The notes: generated by a model from the letters alone, not told the origin. DNA of 63,008 bases, filler included, from Phoronis australis (GCA_002633005.1; 6 parts of 6 records of this genome joined end to end with filler, not necessarily neighbours in it); one strand, 5' to 3'. Numbered from the whole stretch's first letter, positions 1-12,548 are shown. Made by a program: numbers and translations.

Positions 1-1275
1 AAAAAACAAGTGAACAATATTTTGATGACCAAGGCGTGGGCCGAAACTGTTAAGCACCCAGCGTGTTCCATTTGTCTGCTGCGTTTTTCCTTTGGCCTAA
101 CAGATGTCGGTTAGTGCCTGGGACAAATAGATACATTGCATAAACAATCCCTGGGTTGCTTTTTGTTCCGTCTGAAGAAAATTTAATTTCGAAAATATCT
201 TCTGAAAATGAACAAAAAAGTGCATTAGTAAAATCAACAAGTTTTTAAGTGGTCTCAAAAAAACAGTTGGTAAATGCATTAATTTTAGTCTCAGTTCTTC
301 CACGCGTGTTTCTCCCGAGAGGTTAGTACCTAACGTGCAGACAAGCGTTCCAAATTGGAACGCTAAGTCCCGCGTGGCAGCGCTGCACGCGAAACAAGAT
401 GGCGGACGACCTTTGGAGACTGACGACGAGAGGTAATCGGACTATATAATAGGGAGAACAGCATTTTTCAAAAATTTTAGAAAATGTGCATGTAATATAC
501 ATCATTAGAAAGCTCTTTTCGAGACTAAAATAACGATAGTAAATTTTTTTAAATTGGACTTATGGTTCCGGATAAAATGTCATTTTCGTGTCAAAATTTT
601 TGGTAAAAATTCTGTCAAATCGAATCTGCGAGTTCAAAATATTATTATTTCAAAACTAAGAAACGTAAATAGACATGTAATACATCATTTTAAAGAACTT
701 TTTATGATCAATAACTTGCCAAAAAAACATTTCGATTAGACGTTCCTGTGCGAAGATATTGACCTTAAAGTCAACACAGCTGACAAAGAGAAGTCACTAC
801 GTACAATTTTGCGATTTCGAATTTTCATAAAATAACAATTACTCCAGGAAAAAACAAATAAGGTATCATTTTAAAGATTTTTCATCAGGAAAGTTGAAAC
901 TTGATAATTGGTTGAGCAAATTATTAATATTTGTGACATTGTTTTTAACAATCATGCTGTTTGCAACCGGCTTAACTTTGTCACTCAATTACATTAAGTA
1001 AAAATCAAAGATAAAAAAACATCATTTCAAAAATGTATTGATGACAAGTATGACATATAGAACATTTTAATACAAGCTTCTGAAAGACATATAATAAATA
1101 AAACTTTTACATAAACTTTCCACAACAATGTAATAAAATGAAGACCCTGTCATGAGCCATCCAGGAATGTTCATGCTGTAAAACCAACAACTGGAATATT
1201 CATAATCCTAAAATTGTCTCAAGTGATATGAACACACAAAAAAAATTATGATGGACAGATAAATAAAGTTCTCAA

Positions 1276-1553
1276 GGCATCCTCAAGGAAGGAGGGGCCA
1301 AACCCTTTCTATGACAATTGGCAGCGGAGTACCTTCTAGTAAACTGACGCTCAGTGGAGTTCCTTGCACAGACCTGTGGTATCCTCAAGGAAGGGGGCCA
1401 AACCCTTTCACTGACTACTGTACGTCAGCGAAGTACCTTAGAGACTTGTGGCATCCTCAAGAAAAGGTAGCCAAACCCTTTCAATGTCCAAGTCAGTTGA
1501 GTACCTTACACAGACTTGTGGCGTCCTTAAGGAAGGGGGGGGCAAACCCTTTC
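1276..1553 (+). repeat. Degenerate tandem array, 4 copies, period about 70-100 bp
   Basis: Core GG(C/T)ATCCTCAAGGAAGG(n)GCCAAACCCTTTC recurs at about 1276, 1378, 1450 and 1520. Intervening segments share GAGTACCTT and AGAC(T/C)TGT motifs. Confidence 0.8.
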
Positions 1554-2199
1554 TGACTATCATAAGGCATTGGAGTATCTATATGCAACACTGAGTTATT
1601 CCAGCACTTCGAAGTCCCTTTGACCAAAGTCATCAATCAGCCAAAAGGAGTAGATAGCCTCATCTTCCTTGTAATGGATATTAAACCAAGACAGATATCC
1701 GAGGACCTGAAAGAATACTATAATTCATAATTATTTGAACAGTGTNTTATTTAAGTACTCGAGAAAGGTTGTCATCTGTCATCTGATAGCAAACCGGGCA
1801 TACCTGTGATTAATACTGTCGTGGTTACCTAAACAAAGAAAGGGATGTTTTTTAGGGCAGTCCGATAAACAGCAGACAGCTTTAGATAGGTCGCCTTGAA
1901 CGTTGAGAAGGTGAACGCCCGGCTACGACTGAGTAGGTTTTCAAATTTAAATTAATGAAGCGTACAGCGCGCCGCCTACAGTGTAGGTCCCTAGCGTCTA
2001 CTGAACGCACGCCAGGTGTCATGCTAATACAGAGACAGAGATGAGATCATTGCTGTTCCAGTAATAAGTATCATCAATTCTGAATATTGACATTGAGAGT
2101 AGTCACTCCCGTCATCTTGCTTTCTTCTTAAAATGAAATGGATCATTCGAATTCGGTAAAAAGACCAGCTGTTTCGCCAATTTCACCTTTCGGATCTGC

Positions 2200-2370
2200 T
2201 GTTCGATAGCGAAACGTTCTTCCGGATATCCGGTAATGGTGGTTGGAAAGGGAAAAGCCTGTGTCTATGTGTGATGACGGTGTAAAGAACGTGATCGGAG
2301 CTTGGCTGCTTCCCCGTTCGCTCATTGTTCTAAACATACAATCAATTGCTTGAACGTGGAAAGCAAAGGT
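2200..2370 (+). pseudogene. Possible decayed hAT transposase fragment
   Basis: Two frames give WLEREKPVSMCDDGVKNVIGA and AHCSKHTINC, resembling the hAT catalytic region (xTDNxxNxxxA ... CxxH). Short and frameshifted. Confidence 0.25.
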
Positions 2371-2519
2371 GAGATCATGTCACATTAAGGGATTTGTTTC
2401 CGAAATAAGTCTTAAATAACGTCTGATTTTTGAGCGCTGACGCATTTGACTTACACTCCGAAACCCTATAGTCGTCCGCCTAAGCATAAAACCGGCTTGT
2501 TGTCTTACTCACCCAATTA

Positions 2520-3842
2520 TTCCANACAACTTCTACCTTTTATACTGGGAATCGCCCAAGGCCAACTTATGGTTCAACTCCAAGTGGCAATAGACGCCCC
2601 CGTCAGCCGAGGTACACACCACCGAAGTATCCCAACCCGAGGAACAACACCCACCAGAACCTACAACATAGACAGCCGTCTCAGCGCTCACCCAGATGTA
2701 TTTTTTGTAACCAAGGTCACACTGCTAATCAGTGTACATTCGTGATCGATGTCGAAAAACGACAGGACATCGTGAAACAAGCTCGATTGTGCTTCAACTG
2801 TTTATCTGACCGACACCTGAAACGAGATTGCCCATCCAATTTTTCCTGTCGCAACTGCGGACAGAAACACCACACCTCGTTGTGCAATGCCACCATGAAT
2901 CAACCACCGTCGCCAAATTCTCCGTTGATTCAACTCGCGAAATCCTCTGCCGAGACGCCTACGAGTCCAACCCCACAAGATACACATGTGAAGCTGACGC
3001 CCACGTCAGGACCAATCTTACTGAAGACCGCCGTTGCCACCATATCAAGAGGATCAGCCCATGCAAAGGTTAACGTATTATTTGATGATGGGTCTCAACG
3101 CACGTTCATGACACACCGTGTTGCAGAGAAATTGGGTATCCACCAAAACGAATGTCCTACTGAAAGGATCAACTTGTCCACCTTTGGAGAACGAACAACT
3201 ACCGCAATGGAAAAACCAGCTGCTACTATTGAACTCACAACAAACCAAGGTAAACTGACTTTATCTGCTGTTATTGTGCCCCACATATCGACACCTGTTA
3301 AGAATTACCGACCCCAAGTGCTGCATCATCATGATTACCTGAGATATTTACCCCTAGCCCAACATGAGCCATCGAAAGATTTTGAAATCGACCTGTTGAT
3401 TGGATCTGACTACTACTATAATCTTGTTGACGACAACATAATTAGAGGTCCAGGACCCACTGCTGTAAAATCGAAACTAGGCTACTTGTTGTGTGGGCCT
3501 ACGAACGTACCTGTAGCCGCAACTGATGCCCACACGAACACTACGACTTGTATGAGAGTCTCAACAGACACCCCCGACATATCCAAATATTGGGATTTGG
3601 AAACAATTGGCATTAGTGACAAAACAAAAAAGAGGCAGGTTTTGACTTCAATGCCTATTGCGCTGACAATATCACACGTGATGACTGGGAAATACATAAA
3701 CGGCTTACCCTGGAAGGCTGACAATACCCCTCTGCCAACTAACTACACTGATCCTGTGACCAGTGACCTACAACAGAATATTTGCGTGGATAATATTTTA
3801 AGTGGTGACAACCAACCAAATTCCTCTCAGCTGGCAGTGGAG
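2520..3842 (+). mobile_element. BEL/Pao LTR-retrotransposon fragment: gag zinc knuckles + aspartic protease + deleted RT stub
   Basis: Three BEL-type knuckles (CIFCNQGHTANQC, CFNCLSDRHLKRDC, CRNCGQKHHTSLC). Protease motifs ILLKTA, LFDDGSQRTF, IDLLIGSDYY and KSKLGYLLCGP. Then WDLETIGI and LPWK..PLPTNY jump directly to TDPVTSDLQQNICVDN. No LTRs seen; start is approximate. Confidence 0.9.
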
Positions 3843-5365
3843 TTGAAGGTCGCGGGAACAGGCGACTTTTTCAACTTTTAAGTGCAGGAAAGTGAAAACT
3901 ACTTACATAATCGTGTTTGCAAGGCTCCCTTTTGTTCTTTCACGAAGTTTCACGTAAAAATTCGCGAGTTTAGTCTTCTCCTGGGTTGAAAACCAAATAG
4001 CACTCATTTTTACCGGCATCCATTTTGGTCTGAAAAATCGGTCACGTCCCTGCAAAAAACTCGTCCAAAGTATTATTAAACGAATTTTGCGACAAAAAAA
4101 AGATTATCAGATAAGTAAAACAATATATTTTTTCATAGTTTGCAATAATTTTTATTCACATTTATTACATTTTTGAGTTATTTTTTGCCGATTGTAGTGA
4201 GCGAATTTAACACGGTGACAGATACGCGAAGCGATTCGCTGAAGAATGCTGTCCTCGCTACATCCGGTATGAGTTTAGAAATACTTTCGAAGTTTGAAAA
4301 AAGACGGATTTTATACAGTTTTATGCAAGTTTTTCGCCTGTGAGTATAGTTGATACTGGTTATCTTCAAAATGTTGTTAAGTTTTGTGATCCACAGAACG
4401 TTGTCCTTTCGTCTTAATTTAATACTGTTACATTGGAGTGGATTCCGGACACAAATATGTATTGCCTTGTATTGGCAAACATCTGAAGATTAATAAAAAG
4501 CGCTTTGGCAGCCCGCTTAGGCTGCAAGCACACGCCGGCTGCCTGGTGTTCAATTCACTTTTGTTGTGCTTATGTGTAGGCCTAGAGCTGTGACCCCAAT
4601 GACCCAGCTAGCACTGTCATACTGTAGACTGAGGCGTTCCAGAAATTCCAAAGACTGTTATTGTAAACTTGACAAGTATTGCTCTGCAGACTATATTGAC
4701 TTCAGTGGGGCTCACGTACCAGCGCCCAAGCTTCCTGACCTTTAACCTTACTATGCGTTGTTACGATTGGTTAGGGACATGGCGCAAAGCGTCACCTAGG
4801 GGATCAAGAATGTTACAAATTTCTGGCGTTGAGAAATACTCACACTACCTATCTGCATCTCACAAATTGCAACCTAAGGTCCTTTGGAGGGGGTTATTTT
4901 GTACGCCAGTTGCCGTGTAATCTAAGAAGAGTACAGTTCAGTGTTCTCAAAGTATTCACCTCTCGGGCTAGATCAGTTAACATTGGTAACAACAGCTTCA
5001 TGTTATTGTTTGTGAGCCATGTGTTTTTGGATAGTACAGGGATAAATGCAGCTTTAACACCCAAGTCTCGTGGAAATTCTTTTGAACGAAATTGATACAA
5101 TGAAACTTAAAGCAATCTGGCCTTATCTGTGAACGGAGAAACTTGTGCTAAAATTTCCCATTCATTCCATTTAAAATTTAAATAACTGTAAATCCATCTT
5201 CGAAGAACTTGATTTCCACTATAAACTTGGCCTCAGCACGGGGTCTAATCTACTCAATATCAAACTCAAATTTATTTTTGTTAGTTTTAGTTTTGCATCA
5301 ACAAGACCTCAAGTACATTACTAGTATGGTTTATGTGGTTAATTGCATAGCCTCAGTTTGCACTT

Positions 5366-5852
5366 TGTCATGAATTCTCATGAAGTTAATTACGTGCAAA
5401 TTTCATCATTTCCTATGACGTACAACTATCCCAACAAAACAGTTTATGTTATATAACAATTTCGGACATCTTGTGTTGTTGTTTACTATGTCACTGACCA
5501 GTGCCCAGTCATAGTGAAACCCTATATGCCAAACAGCTGTCCAGACTCCATTCATGTTTATGAGGTGGATGAAATCACCGGAACTCTCAATATTGTTGTT
5601 GTTTTGCACTCACAACCCACACATATTTCTATTCACTATATATATATATTGTAGCTAGAGTTAATAAACTTTGTGTGTCAGTAGAAACTCCACGACTGTG
5701 TTAGTTTTAATGCTGCTCTCCATCGACTTGCTGTTGCTACCTTGTTAGCCAACTACCGTTCAACCAAGAACCGGGTAATCCCTCACCTATACTACCACGA
5801 CCATCCCCACACTTGTGGAATCTGTGTCTCCACATTGCCGATATTTCCATAA
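5366..5852 (+). repeat. 5' LTR of BEL/Pao element (487 bp)
   Basis: Starts TGTCATGAATTC. Direct repeat of 7621-8105 with about 6 substitutions and a 2-bp (TA)n difference. Contains a TA run and AATAAA. Confidence 0.95.
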
Positions 5853-5870
5853 TTGCTAGTGACCCAGGAT
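5853..5870 (+). promoter_or_regulatory. Degenerate primer-binding site (tRNA-His-like)
   Basis: TTGCTAGTGACCCAGGAT directly follows the 5' LTR and overlaps the gag ATG. It resembles the TGGTGCCGTGACCAGGAT-type PBS of BEL/Pao elements. Confidence 0.45.
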
Positions 5871-6763
5871 GGATGTCAACTGCCAAGATGCCAGATTGAA
5901 CTTCTTCCGAAGGAGAGCCATCAAAGGGCAAATCACACAGATTGTGAAGGCCTCTCATAACCTCATGGAACAAGACGAAGACACACCAAAAGCAACACTA
6001 CAACTCGCGAAATACATGGATGATCTACACGGAAAGATCAAAACAGTAACCGAACTGTTCACCAACTACGCCCAATACGTCGACCCAGACCAACTAGATA
6101 GTTATGCAGAAGACATGCAGTCCTACCTGGATGAAGTCGAAAAACAGCTTCGGGACATCAGATTCCACCGCAAGACGAATACATGTCAAAGCACACCTAC
6201 AAGTGAGTCAAATATCTCGACAACAACGCCAACACCGATCAAATCCACGCCCAAGACGACGATCAACCTCCCAAAACTGCATCTACCTGTATTCTCTGGA
6301 GACCAACTGAAATGGTTGAAATTCTACCACTCATTTGAAGCTGTTATTCATAAAGATGCCACTCTTGCCCCGATCCAGAAACTTCAATATTTACGCGCTC
6401 AACTCTGGTGACGCCGCCAAAGTCATAGAAGGTCTGCCACTATCAAACGATTCCTATGAAGCTGCCTTGAAGCAACTGAATAACAGGTATGGTAACACTG
6501 AAGATCTAGTAACTCATTACACTACAGCTTTGCTGAATATCCCTGCCCCCTCATCTGATGTGGCCAACTTACGTCAATTCCACGACAGTGTTAACATGTG
6601 CCTACGTGGTTTAGAGACCCTAGGACAAGTCGCCGCCCAAGACCATGTGCTTGTGACCATCATACGCCAAAAGATACCGAAGGATGCGCGAATTCAATTA
6701 AATCGTGACCATGTCGGAGAAAAATGGTCCGTCCAACAACTGATAGTCCGTTGCGGACGATGA
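5869..6763 (+). pseudogene. BEL/Pao gag N-terminal region (DUF1759-like), frameshifted near 6405
   Basis: ORFs 5869-6411 and 6335-6763: INLPKLHLPVFSGDQLKWLKFYHSFEAVIH...QKLQYLR / GDAAKVIEGLPLSNDSYEAALKQLNNRYG. Confidence 0.9.
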
Positions 6764-6769
6764 CCGTAA

Positions 6770-7477
6770 CATTGGTCATTACATCCCCCACCACCCAGTA
6801 ACCAAAGACAGCGCGACAACACCAATCAGAGTGGTTTATGACTGCAGCTGTTCCACGCAACGTAATCCCAGCCTTAACGACTGTCTGGAAACAGGTACGC
6901 CCCTCCTGAATGACCTCGATCGTTTCAATCTTGATACGTTTCCGTACGAAGACAGTGGCTCTGACAAGCGACATTGAAAAGGCCTTTTTGAATGTCCGCT
7001 TACATGAAGACGATCGCAACTTTACTAAATTTCTATGGCTAACAGACCCAGCGAATCCAGACAACCCATTTAAAGTGTACAGATTCAAGTCTGTTTTATT
7101 TGGTTCCCGCTCTAGTCCATTCATTCTGAACTCTATCATTAAGACACATTTGGACACCTATACAGATCCTGTGACAAGCGACATACAACAGAATATTTAT
7201 GTGGATAATATTCTAAGTGGTGTTACATCAAGACCAAACAAATTCCTCTCAACTGGCAGTGGAATACTACACCAAAGCCAATGATGTTATGCAACAGGCA
7301 GGCTTCAAATTAAGGTCATGGGCCACAAATGACCCCATTCTACAGGGAAGAATAGCTGCAGATGGTACAGCTGACACCAATCCAACTGTCAATGTCCTTG
7401 GCCTCCTATGGGATACAAGATCAGATTACATAATGTATCCACCACAGTCAACTCAATCTGGAAGTGAAGTGACTTAG
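6770..7477 (+). pseudogene. BEL/Pao reverse transcriptase fragment, frameshifted
   Basis: GHYIPHHPVTKDSATTPIRVVYDCS...SLNDCLETG, then DIEKAFLNVRLHEDDRNFTKFLW, VLFGSRSSPFILNS, NIYVDN, AGFKLRSWATN and VLGLLWD. Confidence 0.9.
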
Positions 7478-7620
7478 TGAAATTCATACATAACCATATG
7501 AATAGTTTGTGTACTTCTATTTATGGTATATCTTGATTTGATGTGATTTTGAGTGAGTGCAACATAACTTTACAGTGGATTGTTAAATTTTGAATATTTT
7601 CATCTTTTCGGCCGGCGGAG

Positions 7621-8105
7621 TGTCATGAATTCTCATGAAGTTAATTACGTGCAAATTTCATCATTTCCTATGACGTACAACTATCCCAACAAAACAGTTT
7701 ATGTTATATAACAATTTCGGACATCTTGTGTTGTTGTTTACTATTTCACTGACCAGTGCCCACTCATAGTGAAACCCTATATGCCAAACAGCTGTCCAGA
7801 CTCCATTCATGTTTATGAGGTGGATGAAATCACCGGAACTCTCAATATTGTTGTTGTTTTGCACTCACAACCCACACATATTTCTATTCACTATATATAT
7901 ATTGTAGCTAGAGTTAATAAACTTTGTGTGTCAGTAGAAACTCAACGACTGTGTTAGTTTTAATGCTGCTCTCCATCGACTTGCTGTTGCTACCTTGTTA
8001 GCCAACTACCGTTCAACCAAGAACCGGGTAATCCCTCAACTATACTACCACGACCATCCCCACACTTGTGGAATCTGTGTCTCCACATTGCCGATATTTC
8101 CAACA
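7621..8105 (+). repeat. 3' LTR of BEL/Pao element (485 bp)
   Basis: TG...CA termini (TGTCATG...TTCCAACA), followed by the TSD copy CAATT. Confidence 0.95.
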
Positions 8106-8458
8106 CAATTAATGACCCCAGCATTAAAGCGAAGAGCTCTTGTCTGAACTCGAAATTTCGAAGACTTTTCTCGACTTTGCATAGCTCTAATTTCAAGGTC
8201 ATCAATTGCATATTTGGACTACACACTCTGCATAAACCACAATATTGTTGAGTGCAAAAAATAGAACTTATTTTGACTTTGTACTAATTGGTATAACAAA
8301 AAATGTCAACGTAATTTGAAATCTGATTTCAAGTACAAAGATTGTACTCTGGGCCCATATTTATAGTAACTGCCCTAAATCACATATTAGTTTTTTGACA
8401 AAGGCAAGCTTACCTCCGCTTAGCCTTGGTACAAAGCTGTATATAACAAAGCTGTATA

Positions 8459-10881
8459 CCATAATCGTTCGGGTTAACGCCCATGCTCAGTTAACCGCCC
8501 ATCCCCGACTTTAAGTGGATTTTCGATTTAACCGCCCACTGCTCGGTTAAGCGCCCCCCTGCGATTTTTGAAGATTTCCAGCTAAGCGCCCACCTCTCAG
8601 TTAAGCGCCCATCCCCGACTTTTAAAGAATGAAGATTTAGGGCCTAGAGCTAAGAAAACGCGCGATTCCCCGACTTTTAGAAAAAGATCGATGATCACAA
8701 TGAGTGCAACGACGCCGGGACTCCGAGACGGTGGTTTAGCAATCTGAATTACAATGCAGGTAACGAGTTATTGTCTTGGGTCATGAACGCACTTCAAAAT
8801 ATAATACTTGAACCTTTTTGTCACTTTATTTTCTTCCCTTGTTTGCAAAGTTTAAGAACGCCGCCGGCGTCAAAACCTCCGCTTTCAGCGACTTTGTCTG
8901 CCGCGCTGAGTTTCCGTCTGCAGTGCACTAGATAAAACATATATTCGAAAAAATCAGGCCAGAGAAATGTGACAATAGTTTTGCCAACCCTCCAAATTCT
9001 ATTAAGGTGGGAAGCTCTCGTATTTTGAACTAATCTCACAACTCACGGAAAGATGTCAAATTCTCAATATTTTGATGAATATAACTGCCGGGTTATAGAG
9101 GATGTGGGGCGACCGAAGGGACAGTACAAGTGCCTTACTGGGTTACCGATTTTGTTGCTGCCTGTCGATTTCTGAATTCAAACGTTGGCAATAATGTATG
9201 TTTGTGTATGATCTTGAAGTAATAAAAAACGGCTAGTCAAATTTTGTTTTTCGCTTATTGCATCTCAGTCAAACTGGTTAGCAGATTTAACTAATGTCGC
9301 TGGCTGTTCTTTACTATTTCTTGCGTCAGCCCCCACGTAAGCGTGACTGTGTGAATTATCGTTTCCACATCCCCTTTTTAGCCATCCAGAATAATTTTGT
9401 TTATACATTGGCCATTTTCAGCCTGAACAAAAATTCTTACCATTCGAGTCTGAAATATCTACGACATAGACTGCTTGACGATAGTGGGTAGGAGATTCAC
9501 GCAGCTAGTTACAGGGATGGGCTTAGGGAGCATCGAGCCGGGAAATATGGGAATAGACTTGACATCGCGGTTTTGGGGAACATTGGCAACGGAGGAATAT
9601 CGTAAAGAACTGGGTCTTTCGTAACAACAGCTTAAAAGTACATAGTCACGCCAGTTTTTGTTACTTCGGACTGTCGCTATGTGTGACTGATTTGTAGTGG
9701 TGCACATGTGGAAGTTCCCACACTTTGGAGTGCATGTTACCTTGACACCAACATGTGATTGACAGGTGACTCACATGTAGGCCCTACGTGCATGCTGAAT
9801 ACTGCCACTATCTTTGGCCATAAAAACGGGATGCATATTGAAAGAGGCCGTTATATTACTTGACGGCATTTCCAAGTCACGATTGTCAGTCGACTGAGAC
9901 ATTGCACGATAACAGCAGGACCAAACAGTGCCGCAGTGCGATATTACAAGTGATATAAATAGGATAATCTGGACATATTGCGTGAAAAATAAATGTTTTT
10001 CCACCACGAAGTTTGGTAAGGTGATCGTTTAGAATAATGAATTGAAACATTGCTGTTTTCTGACTTTTTGTAACATATTTATGCAATTGCTTGAAATTTT
10101 ATTCTTGATCGACGACTGGCTCGACCACCCCCGATCCTTGTCTTACTTCTTTGCATAGCATGTTTGGCGCAACGGCAAGAGAGCAATGCCGGGCTTTCGA
10201 GATAAGACAGCTAGCCGCAGAACCATATGCTGAAAATGTCATTGAGTCACGGAGTGTCGACTATAACATCCCAAACACAAAAAAACAGCAGAGTTAAGTT
10301 TTTCAAACTTTTATTACAACCAATTTTAAAACTGCTCTGTGACTCAGAACTTGACAGCTACATATAGTACGAGACTGTAACCATAAATTTGATGTCTGAC
10401 CTCTGCAACAGGTGAAACTTGCACGCGCGCACTTAAGCAGGGTCACATCTTGAAACAGTTTTAATTCTAGTGGAGGCTGCGTGGTCACTGGTCGTCTGCG
10501 CACCGCAGGGCGGCACGGGGCTATTACTCAGCAATTTTGTAAATTTAATAGTGAATGACTAATCTGAGGGCAAGAGAACCTTTGTTGGGATCATCCGCTG
10601 TTATGACGTTTTCACAGTCATTTGACGACGTGACGATAACGCTCTTTGAAAAGGGCTACGCGTTCCGAGTATGATTGTCATGTCGGGATTTAGATCGCCA
10701 GGTAAGATCAACCGCCCTGGGCAGTTGTCTGTCGTAATAAGCGCCCATGTTCGGTTAACCGCCCATCCCCTACTTTAGGTGGATTTTCGATTTAACAACC
10801 CACTGCTCAGTTAACCGCCCTCCCCCGATTTTTTGTATTCGCCAATTTAACCGCCCAGGGCGTTAACCCGAACGATTACGG
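8459..10881. mobile_element. Non-autonomous DNA transposon with 24-bp TIRs and TA flanks (Tc1/mariner-pogo-like)
   Basis: Left end TA|CCATAATCGTTCGGGTTAACGCCC; right end GGGCGTTAACCCGAACGATTACGG|TA (1 mismatch). Multiple subterminal TTAA(C/G)CGCCC motifs at both ends. No transposase ORF. Confidence 0.85.
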
Positions 10882-11644
10882 TATTTTTATACAGCTTTGT
10901 TATATACAGCTTTGTACCTATGTGGGTAAAAAGTGGTAAGATAAAATCTAACACAAAATTAGTGTCATTAAAAACTACAGTCTTCCTTGAGTAAACTAAA
11001 TTATTTAACGGTGTTGGCAAAAATGACGTTTTACTGTTATTCTGCTGCTAAAGTTGTGGAGCGATCTTTAGCGACGGCTTTTGGTGCCATGAAATATTGC
11101 TTCACCTATTGGCTAGTTTCTCCTTTCACCGATTCTTCAATCAACTGTACAGTTCTTTTTTCACGAGGTTGTGTGCAAGTCACAACAAATTATCGAAACT
11201 GGTTTCACTTCATTAACTTATAGACGCACGCAAGAAGCGGCAAACCAACAAGGGTTGGCCATGGCCCCACAGACTAAGTACTGTTACTACGAACCAAGTG
11301 CGTGGAAAACAGCCAGTTCTTCACAAATAGCCGTACCGGCACAATCACAAACGTGGGAACTGTGGAAAAGCACAAAAGTGTGTTGGTTGTGGGGGACAGT
11401 GTACGCGTCGCCGAAAGAGCCCAGCACGGGGAGAGAAATGTCATCGCTGCGGTACTCGGAATCATTTTCAATGTCAGTGTCGCTCAAAACCAATCGCAGA
11501 GCCTCCATGGGGTAGGACTAATTCCACGAACTGGCTTGGAAGTGATCAGTCAGATCGCTCGACTGTTTACAACAATATGCATCGCATATAAGACAGCAAG
11601 TCCCAGCATCATTTGACACCGTTGCGTAGCAAATCGTAGGTCCG

Positions 11645-12548
11645 ATGAAGAATGAGAAATTCATTCTTGTAATTGTGGACGCTCACAGTCAATTTATCGA
11701 CGCGTATATCACCAACAGTACTTCAACCGAGGTAACAGTCAGGAAATTACGTCAATGCTTTGCGACGCATGGACTGCCCGTAGTGATTGTGTCTGACAAT
11801 GGTTCTGGTTTCTCCAGTGCTGATTTTGCCAAGTTCTGTCGGAACAATGGTATTAAGCATACGCTTAGTGCACCGTACCACCCTGCGAGTAATGGTGCGG
11901 CCGAGGCTGCGGTTAAAATCGTCGAGACCGGAATGGTCAGGTTGGAAGGCGACATGGAAACCCGCCATTACACATTCTTAGCGCGTCATCGCATCACACC
12001 ACACTCTGCGACAGGTAGACCACCTGCAGAATTATTAATGTCGAGGAGGCCGCGTTCACGTTTGGACTTAGCTGTGCTGGACCTCAGACAGCGTGTTCTA
12101 CTGAAACACTCAGGTGCTGAACACGCACACGACACGCGTGATTTTTGCGCTGGAGACACGGTACTTGTGAGAAACTTCGCCGGCTCACCCACCTGGGTCC
12201 CTGGTGTGATCATAGAACAGCGAGGACCCGTCATTCTTGGTGGAGTTGCCCAATAAACGGATTTGGAGGCGTCACGTAGACCACATAGTACGACGCACAC
12301 CAGAAGACAACCTATCTTCAACCACGTTTGGCCCACCGCCAAGTAACTTACCGCCGCCACAAGCATTCGTACCGCCAACTCGGGTGACGGAACAACCTTC
12401 TACGCCTTTGGTTGATCATGTGCATTCGACTACGGATTCGAAAGCTACCACCGTACGATTACCCATAGAAAATCCACCAACGGATTCGTCTGTAGTTGTG
12501 ACACATTCCGGAAGGAAATCAATCCAACCAGACAGACTGAACATTTAA
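11645..12548 (+). pseudogene. Gypsy integrase core and C-terminus (frameshift near 12240)
   Basis: ORFs 11645-12256 and 12237-12548 carry DDE motifs (IVDAHS; VSDNG; SNGAAE). Confidence 0.9.

Larger units (their letters stand above)
5366..8105 (+). mobile_element. Internally deleted (non-autonomous) BEL/Pao LTR retrotransposon with both LTRs
   Basis: Near-identical LTRs at 5366-5852 and 7621-8105. 5-bp TSD CACTT/CAATT (1 mismatch). PBS-like sequence after the 5' LTR and GGCCGGCGGAG before the 3' LTR. Internal gag N-terminus (LPKLHLPVFSGD..W..F, KLQYLR) and RT (DIEKAFLNV, VLFGSRSSPFIL, YVDN) with frameshifts. Confidence 0.95.

Noticed and set aside
1276-1553. CRISPR array
   Set aside because: Repeats are degenerate, the spacers are homologous to each other and uneven in length, there are no cas genes, and the context is eukaryotic.
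5406-8226. Duplicated small minus-strand ORFs (67 and 78 aa)
   Set aside because: They are antisense translations of the two LTR copies.
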